Shown here: positions 1 through 10,913 of the stretch, one piece after another | Numbering within the stretch: the stretch's first letter is position 1 | Layout: every line of letters starts with the position of its first letter | Assembly (NCBI RefSeq): GCF_004010195.1 | Contig: NC_057719.1 | Location: 20,287,433-20,351,432 of the forward strand | From: Chiloscyllium plagiosum | Taxonomy: Eukaryota | Direction: 5' to 3' | Length of the DNA stretch: 64,000 bases | Notes under the pieces: generated by a model | Database searches by the model: none | What the model saw: only the letters and a program-made list of their open reading frames with translations | What the model was told of the DNA's origin: nothing | Made by a program: the position numbers and the translations under genes

Positions 1-236
1 AATTCCTGCCTCAGGTGACTGACTGCGTGGAGTTTGCACATTCTCCCTGTGTTTGTGTGGGTTTCCTCCTACGGTCCAAAAATATGCAGGTTAGGTGAAT
101 TGGCCATGCTAAATTGCCTGTAGTGTTAGGTGAAGGGGTAATTGTAGGGGAATGGGTCTGGGTGGGTTGCGATTCAGTGGGTTGGTGTGGACTTGTTGGG
201 CCAAAGGGCCTGTTTCCACACTGTAAGTAATCTAAA
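1..236 (+). mobile_element. HE1-type V-SINE, 5' part cut by window edge
   Basis: V-domain GGAGTTTGCACATTCTCCC...GGGTTTCCTCC...GCAGGTTAGGTGAATTGGCCATGCTAAATTGCC and LINE-like tail GGGCCTGTTTCCACACTGT-AATCT; matches other copies in the window. Confidence 0.9.
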
Positions 237-242
237 AAAGAA

Positions 243-352
243 AAAATGCTGGTCAAAATCAGTAGGTCTGGCAGCATCTTTGGCAAGAAAGTAGAGTTAA
301 CGTTTCAGGTCTAGTGACCCTTCTTTAGAACCTGCTGAGCTTTTCCAGCAAT
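243..352 (-). mobile_element. Penelope-like terminal fragment (family D) with decayed hammerhead motif
   Basis: Minus strand reads CTAAAGA-AGGGTCACTAGACCT-GAAACGTT; same sequence caps the GIY-YIG-bearing element at 39540-40290. Confidence 0.65.
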
Positions 353-2415
353 AACAAACATAAATCTTTGATTTCATCTTAATGAATTTTGATGTGGGTT
401 TGTTTCAAAAATGTAAAGCTGCAACCCAGGATTTGTTAAACACCTTTTGGATTACCTTAACAAGTGATGGGACTAAAAAGGGAAAGGAGTTTATCAAACA
501 ATACCTTCCTGAGTCAGGTTTAAAAAGAGAAAAGTAATCATAATTTGAATTCCCCCTTTATTTGTGACATTTATCCCACCACGTCTCTCCTTTATCAAGT
601 ATTTGAAATGTGCCGCATTTAAAAAGCGCACGTGTCTATAAACTGCGCATCTTCTCATGGTCTTAGTTTTCACAATGAATTTGCGTCTCGCTTGTTTTTA
701 AAAAGAATGTTCTGCATTTTTACATTGTAGCATTATGGGGTAAGGTGGAAAAAGTAGATAAAATGAAATTTCAACTGTTGTATGATGAATAGGGTATAAA
801 TTTGTAACACTAACAGACTGTGTATAAAAGGGGAAGAACATAGCAGATGTGGTCTGACAATCATAATTGACAAGACTGACAAAATCTTGAAGGGTTGTGT
901 AGTGTGAACCCTTTTGGGATCCATCAGGCAATTCAACCAACAGGCTATAAATGAATTTACATAGGTGTCCTTCCATACCAGAATGGTCAAATCACTACAG
1001 ACGCAAGTTGGTACTGATGCAAGTTGTCGCAACTTTATTAAGGAACAGTAAGATGATCCCCTTAGTTGTTACAATACTTACCAGAATCTCTTGTAACTTC
1101 AGTTGGGTTTGTGAAATTTTTCTCTTTCTCTCTCACTCCAAACGGTGAGTTGGTCTTTGCCTTTACCACCCCTATCACTTCTTCTTCATCTCCAGAGGCC
1201 CAAGGGTTTGACCTGCAGGAAAACCCTGTTTTTATGCCCTTTTTTGGAACTTTCTATAGTCCTGGCCATTCAGGATGACTCACTTAATGGTTTGAAACAT
1301 CCCCAATCATTTGGATGGTTTGCTAATGTCTCTTTGTTTGTCCAACAGGGCCTGGTTTCCCTTCTGTCTGGTTTTTAATTTAAAATATGCAATTCTCCTT
1401 TATTTCATTGGACCATTGTTGAGATGTGCCTTTAACACTATGCAAATGTCATTAGCACCTGGCTGCTGTATCTGCATTGTGTCTAATTTCTGGGTTTTCA
1501 ATTTGTAGAGCTTTACTTAGCCAACATGTCATATACCCAGCATCCCTTGCTGTTTGACCAAGTGGCAAAATATGTGTATTTTAACAGTCATGAGACTTCT
1601 ACAGATGGGATAGATGGAATTTGAAATTTAAATCTTTTAAGACTGCTTGGAATGAAGTCTGATTGTTAGTTGAGAGCAATGATCAAAAGTTTCAGGATGG
1701 ACACATGTCTCAGAGTCGAAATAAAATTATGAAGATCTGTGGGTGTGGGACACACTCTAGCAATAGTGCAATTTTGGTGCAATGTAATAGCTAATGACTA
1801 ACAACAGTATATGCAATTATTTTGTCGTGACATTATTGATCATGAAGATGGAGTGACAGACCACTTATATGAAATATCAAATTACAGCTACTTTACAGAA
1901 ATTCTTTGGAAATAAATTAACTTTAAAAGTTGATTGTAATCAGACAGAGCAAACACAATCTGCAAATCATAACCAGTTTAGGCATAATTAAACCAGCCTT
2001 GCATTGAATTGTTTGTTTGATCACAAAAAGAGGTCAGACCCATAAAAGTCGTTGTTGAGTCCAAGAATGAGATTTCACATTGGAACGAAGAGTAGAAATT
2101 AACAGAAAATTACTAACTGATGCAATTATTATCACAACTTTAACTATGGTGCTGTACCTTTGACAGTTGTGCCTTTCTGGAATATCTTCAGTACTTAATT
2201 TATCTCTCTATCTTACTTTGGCTTTTTAAAGCATGCCTTTTTTGCCCAAGAGTTTGGTCATTAAGATACCTCCTCAAATGGATTGGTGTCATATTTGTTT
2301 TATCATGCTCCAGTGAAGTGTCCTGCGACATTTTATTATGTTAAAGGTGCCAAACATACATCAGATATTATGACAGGAGTGTACTCCAACCAGCAATCTA
2401 AAATCTCAATTCAAT

Positions 2416-2510
2416 GAAAACAGAAAGTGCTGGAAATGCTCAGCAGGTCTGGTCAGATCTGTGAAGAGAGAAACAGAGCTAACATTTTAGTTTGTGACCT
2501 TTCACCAGAA
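2416..2510 (-). mobile_element. Degraded Penelope-like terminal fragment (family D)
   Basis: AAAACAGAAAGTGCTGGAAATGCTCAGCAGGTCTGG...CAGAGCTAACATTT similar to 39560-39665. Confidence 0.55.
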
Positions 2511-3093
2511 TTAAAATGGCTCTGGAATAAACCAACCATCCTTCCTTTCTGTGACCTATATGTGACTTCAATCCCACAACAATGTGCTTGATGCTTTATT
2601 GATTTCCAAACATGTCCAATCAGCCACTCAGTTGGATCAAGCAGTTACAAAAGGGTAAGAAGCTTGAGACAAACTCTTCAGATGTGATGTGTATGTGCAT
2701 TACTTTAGATGCAATGAAGACTTCTCCAGCTCCAGTTGATCTTGCAAAGGTTTCCTAGTATTGAAAGGCTGCTGCAAGGTCACTTTGGTCACATGGACAG
2801 GCACCCAGGACATGAATTGGATTGGGTTTCATATTTGAGGTGCTCTTTTGCTCTCTTAGTGCTCACTCACCGAACGCCTGCATGTCTGCAGGATCCGTGA
2901 AGTAACATGTTGTTACTTCATACAGAACATTGAGGCTATCAATCCTGAAATATTGACTTGCTATTTTGCTCAGACACACAGACAGATTGCTTTTCACTCT
3001 TGTCATGAGGAAGCTGTTCTTCTTTATGAGCTGTGCACTGAGATGTCAATCTCATGTCAACTGCCTGCACATCACACTGCATGCTTATTCGAA

Positions 3094-3402
3094 GATTAGA
3101 TTAGATTACTTACAGTGTGGAAACAGGCCCTTCTGCCCAACAAGTCCATACCGACCCGCCGAAGCGCAACCCACATTCCCCTACATTTACCCCTTCAGCT
3201 AACACTACAGGCAATTTAGCATAGCCAATTCACCTAACCTGCACATTTTTGGATTGTGGGAGGAAACCGGAGCACCCAGAGGAAAGCCACGCAGACACGG
3301 GGAGAATGTGCAGATTCCACACAGGCAGTTGCCTGAGGTGGGAATTGAATCCGGGTCCCGGGCGCTGTGAGGCAGCAGTGCTAACCACTGTACCACCGTG
3401 CC
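3094..3402 (-). mobile_element. HE1-type V-SINE, full length
   Basis: tRNA-like head (GGCACGGTGGTACAGTGGTTAGCACTGCTGCCTCACAGCGCC...GGATTCAATTCC on minus), V-domain, (AATCT)n tail. Confidence 0.92.
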
Positions 3403-3668
3403 GTCCACAACCAACTAAATGGTCATTTTAAAAAGTGGAGCTACTCTTGCATCCAGTCGGGGGGGAATTGCTATCTGTTAGTAGTTCTTGATAGCATCAA
3501 AGATAATCCGTGCACAGTCCAGGGGCTTGGCCCATAGACTGTTGACAACTTGGGCTGCTCATTGTTAGGAAGTCTGTCTGACGACAGACAGAGCTTTGAG
3601 TAATGAGCTGAAAATGTGTTGCTGGAAAAGCGCAGCAGGTCAAGCAGCATCCAGGGAACAGGAGAATC

Positions 3669-3696
3669 GACGTTTCGGGCATAAGCCCTTCTTCAG
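3669..3696 (-). ncRNA. Minimal hammerhead ribozyme motif
   Basis: Minus strand CTGAAGA-A-GGGC-TTAT-GCCC-GAAAC-GTC. Confidence 0.8.
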
Positions 3697-3703
3697 GGAT
3701 TCC

Positions 3704-3731
3704 CTGAAGAAGGGCTTGTGCCCGAAACGTC
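3704..3731 (+). ncRNA. Minimal hammerhead ribozyme motif
   Basis: CTGAAGA-A-GGGC-TTGT-GCCC-GAAAC-GTC: intact CUGANGA/GAAA core, 4-bp stem II, GUC triplet; activity untested. Confidence 0.8.
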
Positions 3732-3884
3732 GATTCTCCTGTTCCCTGGATGCTGTCTGACCTGCTGCGCTTTTCCAGCAACACATTTTCAGCTCTGATC
3801 TCCAGCATCTGAAGACCTCACTTTCTCCTTTGAATAATGGTCAATCCTGTAGAGCCGTCACCATCAGTCAGGGGAATCAAGTAT

Positions 3885-4450
3885 TGTCAGTCTGGTAACC
3901 CTGCAGAATACCATTCACTGTACACACCACGCACTGAGAAGGCCGTATCACAATGCAGTGGAATTCATCAGCAAAAGGGCTTCCCTCCATTAATGTGCAG
4001 TGAGTTATGATCATGGCTATCATTTCTTCAAGTATGTGCCCATCACCCTGGCAGCGGGCATGGTTTTCACTGGAACTCTGGAGCTCTATCGTGTACTTGA
4101 TGAATTTGATGGTCTAGGGTGTTTCAAGAGGCCCATTAATTGGGAACAAGGGCTACCACTGTGACCATGGCTCATAATATAATTGCACAACTCCCTAAAG
4201 GATATGCACACAGATAAAGTGCTGCCCATGCTTCGCCCAGGAGCAGATGATAGGGCTGCTGAAGAGACAGTTCTGTTGCTTGTAATAGCCTAGGGGGGGC
4301 CCTTCCAATACAATCCAAACAACGTGCGCTGCATCATTCTGGTGTGGTCTTTCTTTGCATAATTGCAGCAGACAACAGGGCAAAGTGATAGATACAAAGA
4401 GGAAATGAAAGCAATCTTCCAAAGAGGACATTGAGGAAACATAAGCTATC
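3885..4450 (+). pseudogene. PIF/Harbinger (HARBI1-like) DDE transposase fossil
   Basis: Frame-broken peptides IHCTHHALR, KGF..INVQ, FLQVCAHHPGSGH, LIGNKGY, EQMIGLLKRQFCCL, QYNPNNVRCIILV, LHN follow the HARBI1 motif order (IDCTH, KGFHSINVQ, PGSxHD, GDKGY, IGLLKxRFRCL, LHN). Confidence 0.8.
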
Positions 4451-5004
4451 CTTGTGCATTGCAGATGTCTGCTGCATTGGGCACTACAGGCCAGACAGGA
4501 GCTGATTAACATCGATATACAGTTAATGAGAGCTGGATGCAATACACCAAAACGGAATGTGAAATAGTTGTTGTCATGATGACAGCATTTAGTTATAGGG
4601 CTAATGTTCAGCCTCTATTCATTTTGTTTGTGTTTTGTTTGGGAGAGCTCCTTTAGAATTGTCCAATTGGTTATCTGTATGTGATATCATCTTGCTGCAC
4701 AATAACAAGCAGTGAGCATTAGAAACAGAGAAGTAATGATGAAGTGTTTAAATGGGATATAGTTAAGGGTACGTCGACTGTGTGGCCTGGTGGTTACAGA
4801 ACGACTAGGATCAGACAGTGGTGCTCTTTGTGTGAGGGAGTGTTAACCATGCCAGTTATGTGCTGTGAGTAGTGGGGGTTTTATGATTGCTGTGCATTTA
4901 CATTAGCATTGGGCCATTACTGGATTGCCAGTGCTGGTCTGGGTATGGCCATAAGGGATGGCAATTTTTCATTAGATAGCCGGTGAGTGGCAGATTGTCT
5001 AGGG

Positions 5005-5744
5005 CAGAGGTAGGGAACCTGCGGCCTTCTAGGCCATTATGTGTGGCCTTTTGAATGAATCCAAATTTTGCAGAACAAATCTTTTATTTTTTATTAATTT
5101 TTTCATCCTTTATTATTTTTATTTTACTCTTAAAATGAATGTATTTAAAATACCAGAGAGTAAAAGAAAATTCAATGAAATAATCCTCACAGACTAACCG
5201 CCACAATTAAAAAATTGGTAAGTCCTAAGGCTCCTAAAGAACTACAGATGGAATTGATTGAGCTCTCAGAAGATAACATTTTAAAGTCCTATTTGACGCT
5301 AAGAAAGATCCGATTGAAATATAGAAAAATGCAATAGAATCCCCATGCCTTCGGCAACATGCACAAAAAATGCTTTCTTGCTTTTCAACCACTTATTGCT
5401 GCGAATCTACATTCTCCTACTTAACCAAAATCAAGACGGCCTTAAGGTCACAAATGACGGATACCCATCTAGAGGATCAGCTAAAACTGCAGCCCTCCAT
5501 GCTGCAACCAAATATTCAAATGCTTTCCTACAAAAAGCAGTCACAACAAAGTCATTAAAAGGTTAGTTAACTTTAGAATTAATATTTTTTTTCATTTTTT
5601 TAGTGAGTTAGTACATAGTAGTTAGATTTTTACAAAGTAATGTGAATTTTGAAGAATATATAATTGAAGTTTCTTGGATGCAGCCTTATTAGATTACAAC
5701 TAACATAAGGCGGCCTTCCAACATGAAAAGATTCCCCACCTCTG
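5005..5744 (+). mobile_element. hAT (Charlie-like) internally deleted DNA transposon
   Basis: TIRs CAGAGGTAGGGAACCT / AGATTCCCCACCTCTG; 8-bp TSD GTCTAGGG / GTCTAGAG; retains hAT C-terminal dimerisation motif FSTTYCCESTFSYLTKIKTALRS (5370-5558). Confidence 0.9.
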
Positions 5745-6344
5745 GTCTAGAGACTGGCCCCTGGTGAGATGTGGCAAGAATAGGATGAGAGGAATGACAT
5801 AGGTGTAGGGTAGGTTGGTAATGTGGCAAGTTTTGTACAACACTGTGAGAAATCCCATTAGGCCTTGCATTGTAAACCTTTCCTAAAAACCTTAACACAA
5901 CTTGCACTGAAAGAAAACAAATGCAAGATTCAGTCATATAACTCTGAGTTTGATTCTATGTTAAAACCCAATGGTATCATTTGGGATTCAAATGGTTAAA
6001 TTTGAAAATATTTTTCTTTCCATTAAAGCTGAATGAAATATCATTTTTTATTATAAAATATACTGGAGCATGTGGTAACCTTTGAAAAACAATTACATTC
6101 ATCTTAGCGTCAGTGAAAAAAGCTTTTAACTTGGTTTGGCTGCGACCTTATTTCTTGCATCAAAAAGAGGCAACATCAAAGTCTGTTAATCTTGGTGTAA
6201 CTTCAAAAAGAATATTGTTAACATGCAGACAAACTTCTTATTACAAATGCGAAATAATTGTAATAAATATGTCTTGTTTGGCAAGGTTATGTCACAGTTT
6301 TCATATTTCCAACCAGTCATATTATACTCAAATAATAACAGGAT

Positions 6345-6922
6345 ATTGTAAATGTTAGAAGTCTGAAGTTAAAAACAAAGTGCTGAAGAAATTTAGTAGG
6401 TCTGGTTGAATCTGTGGAGAAAGAAACAGAGTTAACATTATGAGTCCAGTACAGAGGAATTTTGAGTATCCAAACAAGATGGGCGGGCACTATTTCGTTC
6501 GGATAATTGATTATTCGGTTAATTGATTCAATGCCTCTCCTTTGGGACTCGGAGTTTTCTGAAGTTTCCTTTCTGCTCGTTCTGCCTGCCTTGCTTCCTC
6601 TCTCTGTCTCAGGGTTTGTTTCTGAGCAGAGACCACATTTGTGTGTAAGGGACCTGCAGCATTGCTGAAGCCTCCCACACCCCACCCCATCAGTTCAAAG
6701 AGATCGACACAGCGAGCACTTGCTAAGTCTGCTCCCCATTCAGGCAGCAGCATACAGCGCGCGAGCGCCACCCCACACTGTCCGTCCCCCCAACCCGTCC
6801 ATTCCAACCCCCGTGCATCCCCACCCCCACGTTCACACCTAATCTCCGCACAGAGGGGCAGCCGGACTGGACACTGACAGTAAGACTGCTGCTGCCTTTG
6901 GGAATTGAGTCTCAAAATAGCG

Positions 6923-6953
<31 letters not shown>

Positions 6954-7350
6954 AGACATTATGCCCATGTGTAAACTCCAGGTAAAATGGGGGGGGAAGA
7001 GAGAGAGAGAGGGCAGGCGGTAGGTCATTTGGAGACGGTGCTTGGGCTCCTATCGATGTCCAAGACTGTTTTCAGCAGCATTTCAGTAAGCTGGGTTCAT
7101 TTTTAATCATTGTAAACAAAAGACGCATTCAGTGTTGGGAACACCTCTTTGATGTAATGTTTCTACCGGGACCTTGAGATCGTCTTCGGATAATCCTAGA
7201 TTCGGATAATCAAGGTTCTTCTATATTACTGCTTTTCAGAACAGTCCAGTTCAAATAAGAATCACAGTGGATTTGAAATTTTAACTTTGCTTCTCGCTCC
7301 ACAGACGCTGCCAGACCTGTTGAGTTTCTCTGGCACATTCTGTTTTTATG
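6345..7350. mobile_element. Penelope-like family D fold-back relic interrupted by a MITE
   Basis: Arm 6345-6451 continues at 7224-7240; opposite-orientation arm at ~7272-7350 (CTCCACAGACGCTGCCAGACCTGTTGAGTTTCTC). Confidence 0.6.
6452..7223. mobile_element. Tigger/pogo-type non-autonomous DNA transposon (MITE)
   Basis: TA-flanked imperfect TIRs CAGAGGAATTTTGAGTATCCAAA / TTCGGATAATCAAGGTTCTTCTA, repeated subterminal TTCGGATAAT; contains (CA)n at ~6930-6954. Confidence 0.7.
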
Positions 7351-7539
7351 TCCTATTATACAGTTCATTTACCAATTAGTTCAAGAAATGAAAATTGTTT
7401 AAAGATATCATGTATTGTAAGTTTGTAATATGATCCCTGGATTTGTCTATCAAAAAATATTTCTTGCAGGAATAAGAGAACAGTTTTTAAACTGTCAGTT
7501 CAAGAATTTAATTGACTAGAATCTAATCTTGGGATGTGA

Positions 7540-8040
7540 AATAGATGGTTAAAAGTGGAGGTTTCAATGATGTCATTCAATTTCAAGGGATGGTGATTAG
7601 ATTCCCTCTTGTTGAAAATGGGCATTGCCTGACATTTGTGACATTTAACATTTGTCAGCCCATCCAGGATATCATCCAGGTTTAGCTGCATTTGAACATG
7701 GACTCCTTCAGTTTCTGAAGAGTCACAAAGTTTGCTGTATATTGTCCAATCATCAATGAACATCCTACTTCTGACTTTGTGATGGAGGGAAGGTCATTGA
7801 TGAAGCAGTTAAGGACAGCTGTGCCTAGCACATGATCCTGATAAACTCTTGTGAAGATGATCTCGAGTTGAGATGATTAATTTCCAACAACTTCAACCAT
7901 CATTCTTTGTGCTGGGCATCTCTCCAAGCAAGTAAGAGTTTACTGCCTGATTCCCATTGAAGATAGTTTTGCTAGGGGTCCTCTTTGTCTCAATTGAATG
8001 AGGCATTACTGTCAAGAGCAATTACTCTTGGTTGACCTGC
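7540..8040 (-). mobile_element. Old CR1/L2-type LINE RT fragment
   Basis: ORF 7500..7763 MFIDDWTIYS resembles the FADDCT RT motif followed by CR1-like downstream sequence. Confidence 0.65.
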
Positions 8041-9275
8041 AATCACTGTTTTAAAAAGAACCAGTACTTGTGTACATATACTAGGAAGCATCATTGTCTT
8101 TATTTTCTTCCCCAAGTCACACACAGGCCATAAGTTAATCCAGGCGAGAGATGTCTCGCAGAGCCAACAAAAACCTTTGAGAAAGGTTCATCCCATCTGA
8201 CCAGGCACATCAGTGGCCAGCAGTGGGCCTTCACTAGTGTCAATAGCCCAGGAACAAATATAGTGTCTCCTAAGACCTGTCAGCCAAATTCAGGACCACC
8301 AGAATTACATTACAGGCAATGCCACCAAGGAGCAGTGGTAACTGCTGGCACTGCACCCACAGAGAGAAACAAGATCAAGAAGGGACCCAGGCTATAGGTG
8401 AGTGAGGCTGGGGTGGGGATCATCGGTGAATGGGCATATGTGAGTCACAAGCAAGGACAGGAAGGTGGAACTCAGCATCCACTTCCCAATATTAGATTCC
8501 TTGCTCTGGCACTGGATGTTATCAAACATGGCCAAACCTTCCTGGGAGCCTGCAAGAAAACATGCCACAGTTTGTTTTCTTTTCTTCATTTTTAGAATTT
8601 CATATTTCTTTTTATATCCAGAGTGCTATTACATACAACTAAATTTTGTTTTGTCCTGCCACCGAATCACCTGTGATATTTTTTCACCAATTAACCACTA
8701 CCAGTAAAACGACCGTGTTTGCAATTGAATAATTTACATGAAAATCCCATTGAGGGCCATGTAGGCCATCAAATGTGAGGGATAGGTAGGGGGAGCAGGA
8801 GGGGGCTGAATCAAAATGGAGTTGGAACAAGGAATGGTTTATTTTTCAGGATCCCCACATGATGAATGCCTGCTGCTACTTCTGAATACCAGAAGGGCTG
8901 GGATGAGGCCCTGAAATAGTCATAATTTACCTATCTGAGGGCCTCAATTGACATGTGGGTGAGAAAGCTGTCCACAAGCCTTCCCATCACATATTTAGTC
9001 TTGGTGGAGGTGGGTAGGTGACCAAATTCCCATCTGGTATCATCTGAGACAATTAGTGAACCATCTCCAAACTCACATCAAGGAGGGCATTAAACTCCAC
9101 AGCATAAAGTTAGATAAAAATTGTAATTTCTTTATCACCATTGGATTCATGTCCCCCACCTTTACTCGAATATCTATGACCATACGCGATTGTAGGGAAG
9201 CACAAAGCATCAGAGCTGAGAGTACAGGTGATGTAGGACAGTGAGAGAGGCAAGGCATTAAGTATCTTACCTTGT

Positions 9276-9310
9276 GGATGTAAGTTTGTTCACTGAGCTG
9301 GAAGGTTTGT
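9276..9310 (-). mobile_element. Tiny Penelope-like fragment (family B-related)
   Basis: GGATGTAAGTTTGTTCACTGAGCTGGAAGGTTTG matches 28630-28663; flanked by T(A/T)TCTTACCTTGT duplication (9263-9275, 9311-9323). Confidence 0.6.
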
Positions 9311-10344
9311 TTTCTTACCTTGTTAGTGTCTTGCCTTGTTAACCATGGTTACAAATTTGAACTTCTTTCTAGAGAACATTCAGGTTATGTTTTCAGTGAC
9401 GTTGGCATTGAGGTCTCAAAGTACTTTTCCTCACTATCAGGGAAGCAGTATCTCCTCGTGTTGACTGCCTCAAAAAAACTGAAATCTGGGCCCCTGATCC
9501 TGCAACTCCTCCACCTTCTGAAGCATTTCCTGCTCTCAGAAGTCCAATGCTTCTCTCCTTTTCAGAGATTCAAGCCGCTTTCAAATGGTTTCCAATGGCA
9601 ACCAGTCTGGGTCGCAGACTGTGTGTGACTACATCAGTGTGCTGAGGTGTGAGAGGAAATTTTATCTCAGACAGAAGACTGCTTATAGTCTGCTGACATG
9701 TATCAAAGTGGATTCATTTCTATTATAGAAAAGCTGACTTCTTGCAGAAGTAAATGTTATCATTCAATTCCATTTTCAAATAAAATTACATTAATGAAAA
9801 TTATTAAACAAACATTTTTGTTGTATCCAATAGCAGCTTTGCCCACACGCTGAGTGTTCCTGAGACTAATTTTGTAAGTTGTAATATTACAATGTGTAGC
9901 CATGATTTTTTGATTAATTACAATTAACTGAGTAAATTAAGTGATCTAAAAGGAAATACCAATGAAGCAAATAATTTTTCACTGATCCTTTCAAGAATAC
10001 AATAACTTAGATACATAAATGTGAAACTAATACAATTGTGTATGCTTATATTGCATAAGCTAATTATTCTCACTATTTTAATTGTCTTTTAATATTAAGT
10101 AGCAAAGGTTTTTGTACAGCATTTACTTCTATCAGCTTTTATAGTTGAGATAGTAGTGGCCAAGCAAGCCATTCGGTTCAAGGGCAATAACTCACAACAA
10201 CTGCTGATCTTCAATTCCTGCATTGCTTGAAAGAATACAAAAATTATAATTTATTATCAATACAAAGAAGAATATTCCAAGGCACCTCACAGAAGTACCA
10301 TCAAACAATGCTTGATGAAACAAAGAATGAAAACAAGAAGATAG

Positions 10345-10913
10345 AAAACATAGAAATAGAAAAACAGGCGTGTGCCACTCACGAAACCTACTCCAACATT
10401 CAAATGATCATAGCTGAACCTGTATCTCAACTCCATATTCCCACTTCCTCTCCATGCCCCTTTTGCTTCTATTTCTTTCTTAAATATATTCAGTGAGTTC
10501 ATCTCCATGGCTTTCTGTGTTTCAACACCATCTGAGTAAATAAAGTTCTCTTAATCTGAGTCTAAAATGGCATATCAGGTGTCCTTAGACCATGACTCCT
10601 TGTTCTGGAAACCCCACCCAGTATGTAACCAGGGGAAACTTTATCCCTTCATCCAGTTTGTCCAGACTTTCACAACTTTATACACATTAATGAGATTCCC
10701 TCTCATTCTTTGACACTCCATTGAATAATGGCCCAGTTGACCTAATCTTTCCTCATACAACAAGCTTGCCATTCCAGGAACCAGCTCAGTGAACTTTCAC
10801 TGCACTCCCTCTATGACTTACAACAGTGTATCTGACCAGTATATATGACTTGTATATATGACCAATATGTATGACCAGTAAATCTGTCTCAGGTAAAAAG
10901 ATCAAAACTGCAC
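10345..10913 (-). mobile_element. Older CR1 LINE 3' part (continues at ~15093-15210)
   Basis: ATAGAAAACATAGAAA tail and CR1 3' sequence; resumes after the younger LINE insertion. Confidence 0.7.

Larger units (their letters stand above)
3606..3827. mobile_element. Fold-back Penelope-like insertion (family A) with two inverted hammerhead-containing arms
   Basis: ~95-bp inverted arms 3605-3699 / 3701-3795, extra tail 3796-3827, flanked by CTTTGA(G/A)TAATG duplication (3594-3605, 3828-3839). Confidence 0.85.
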
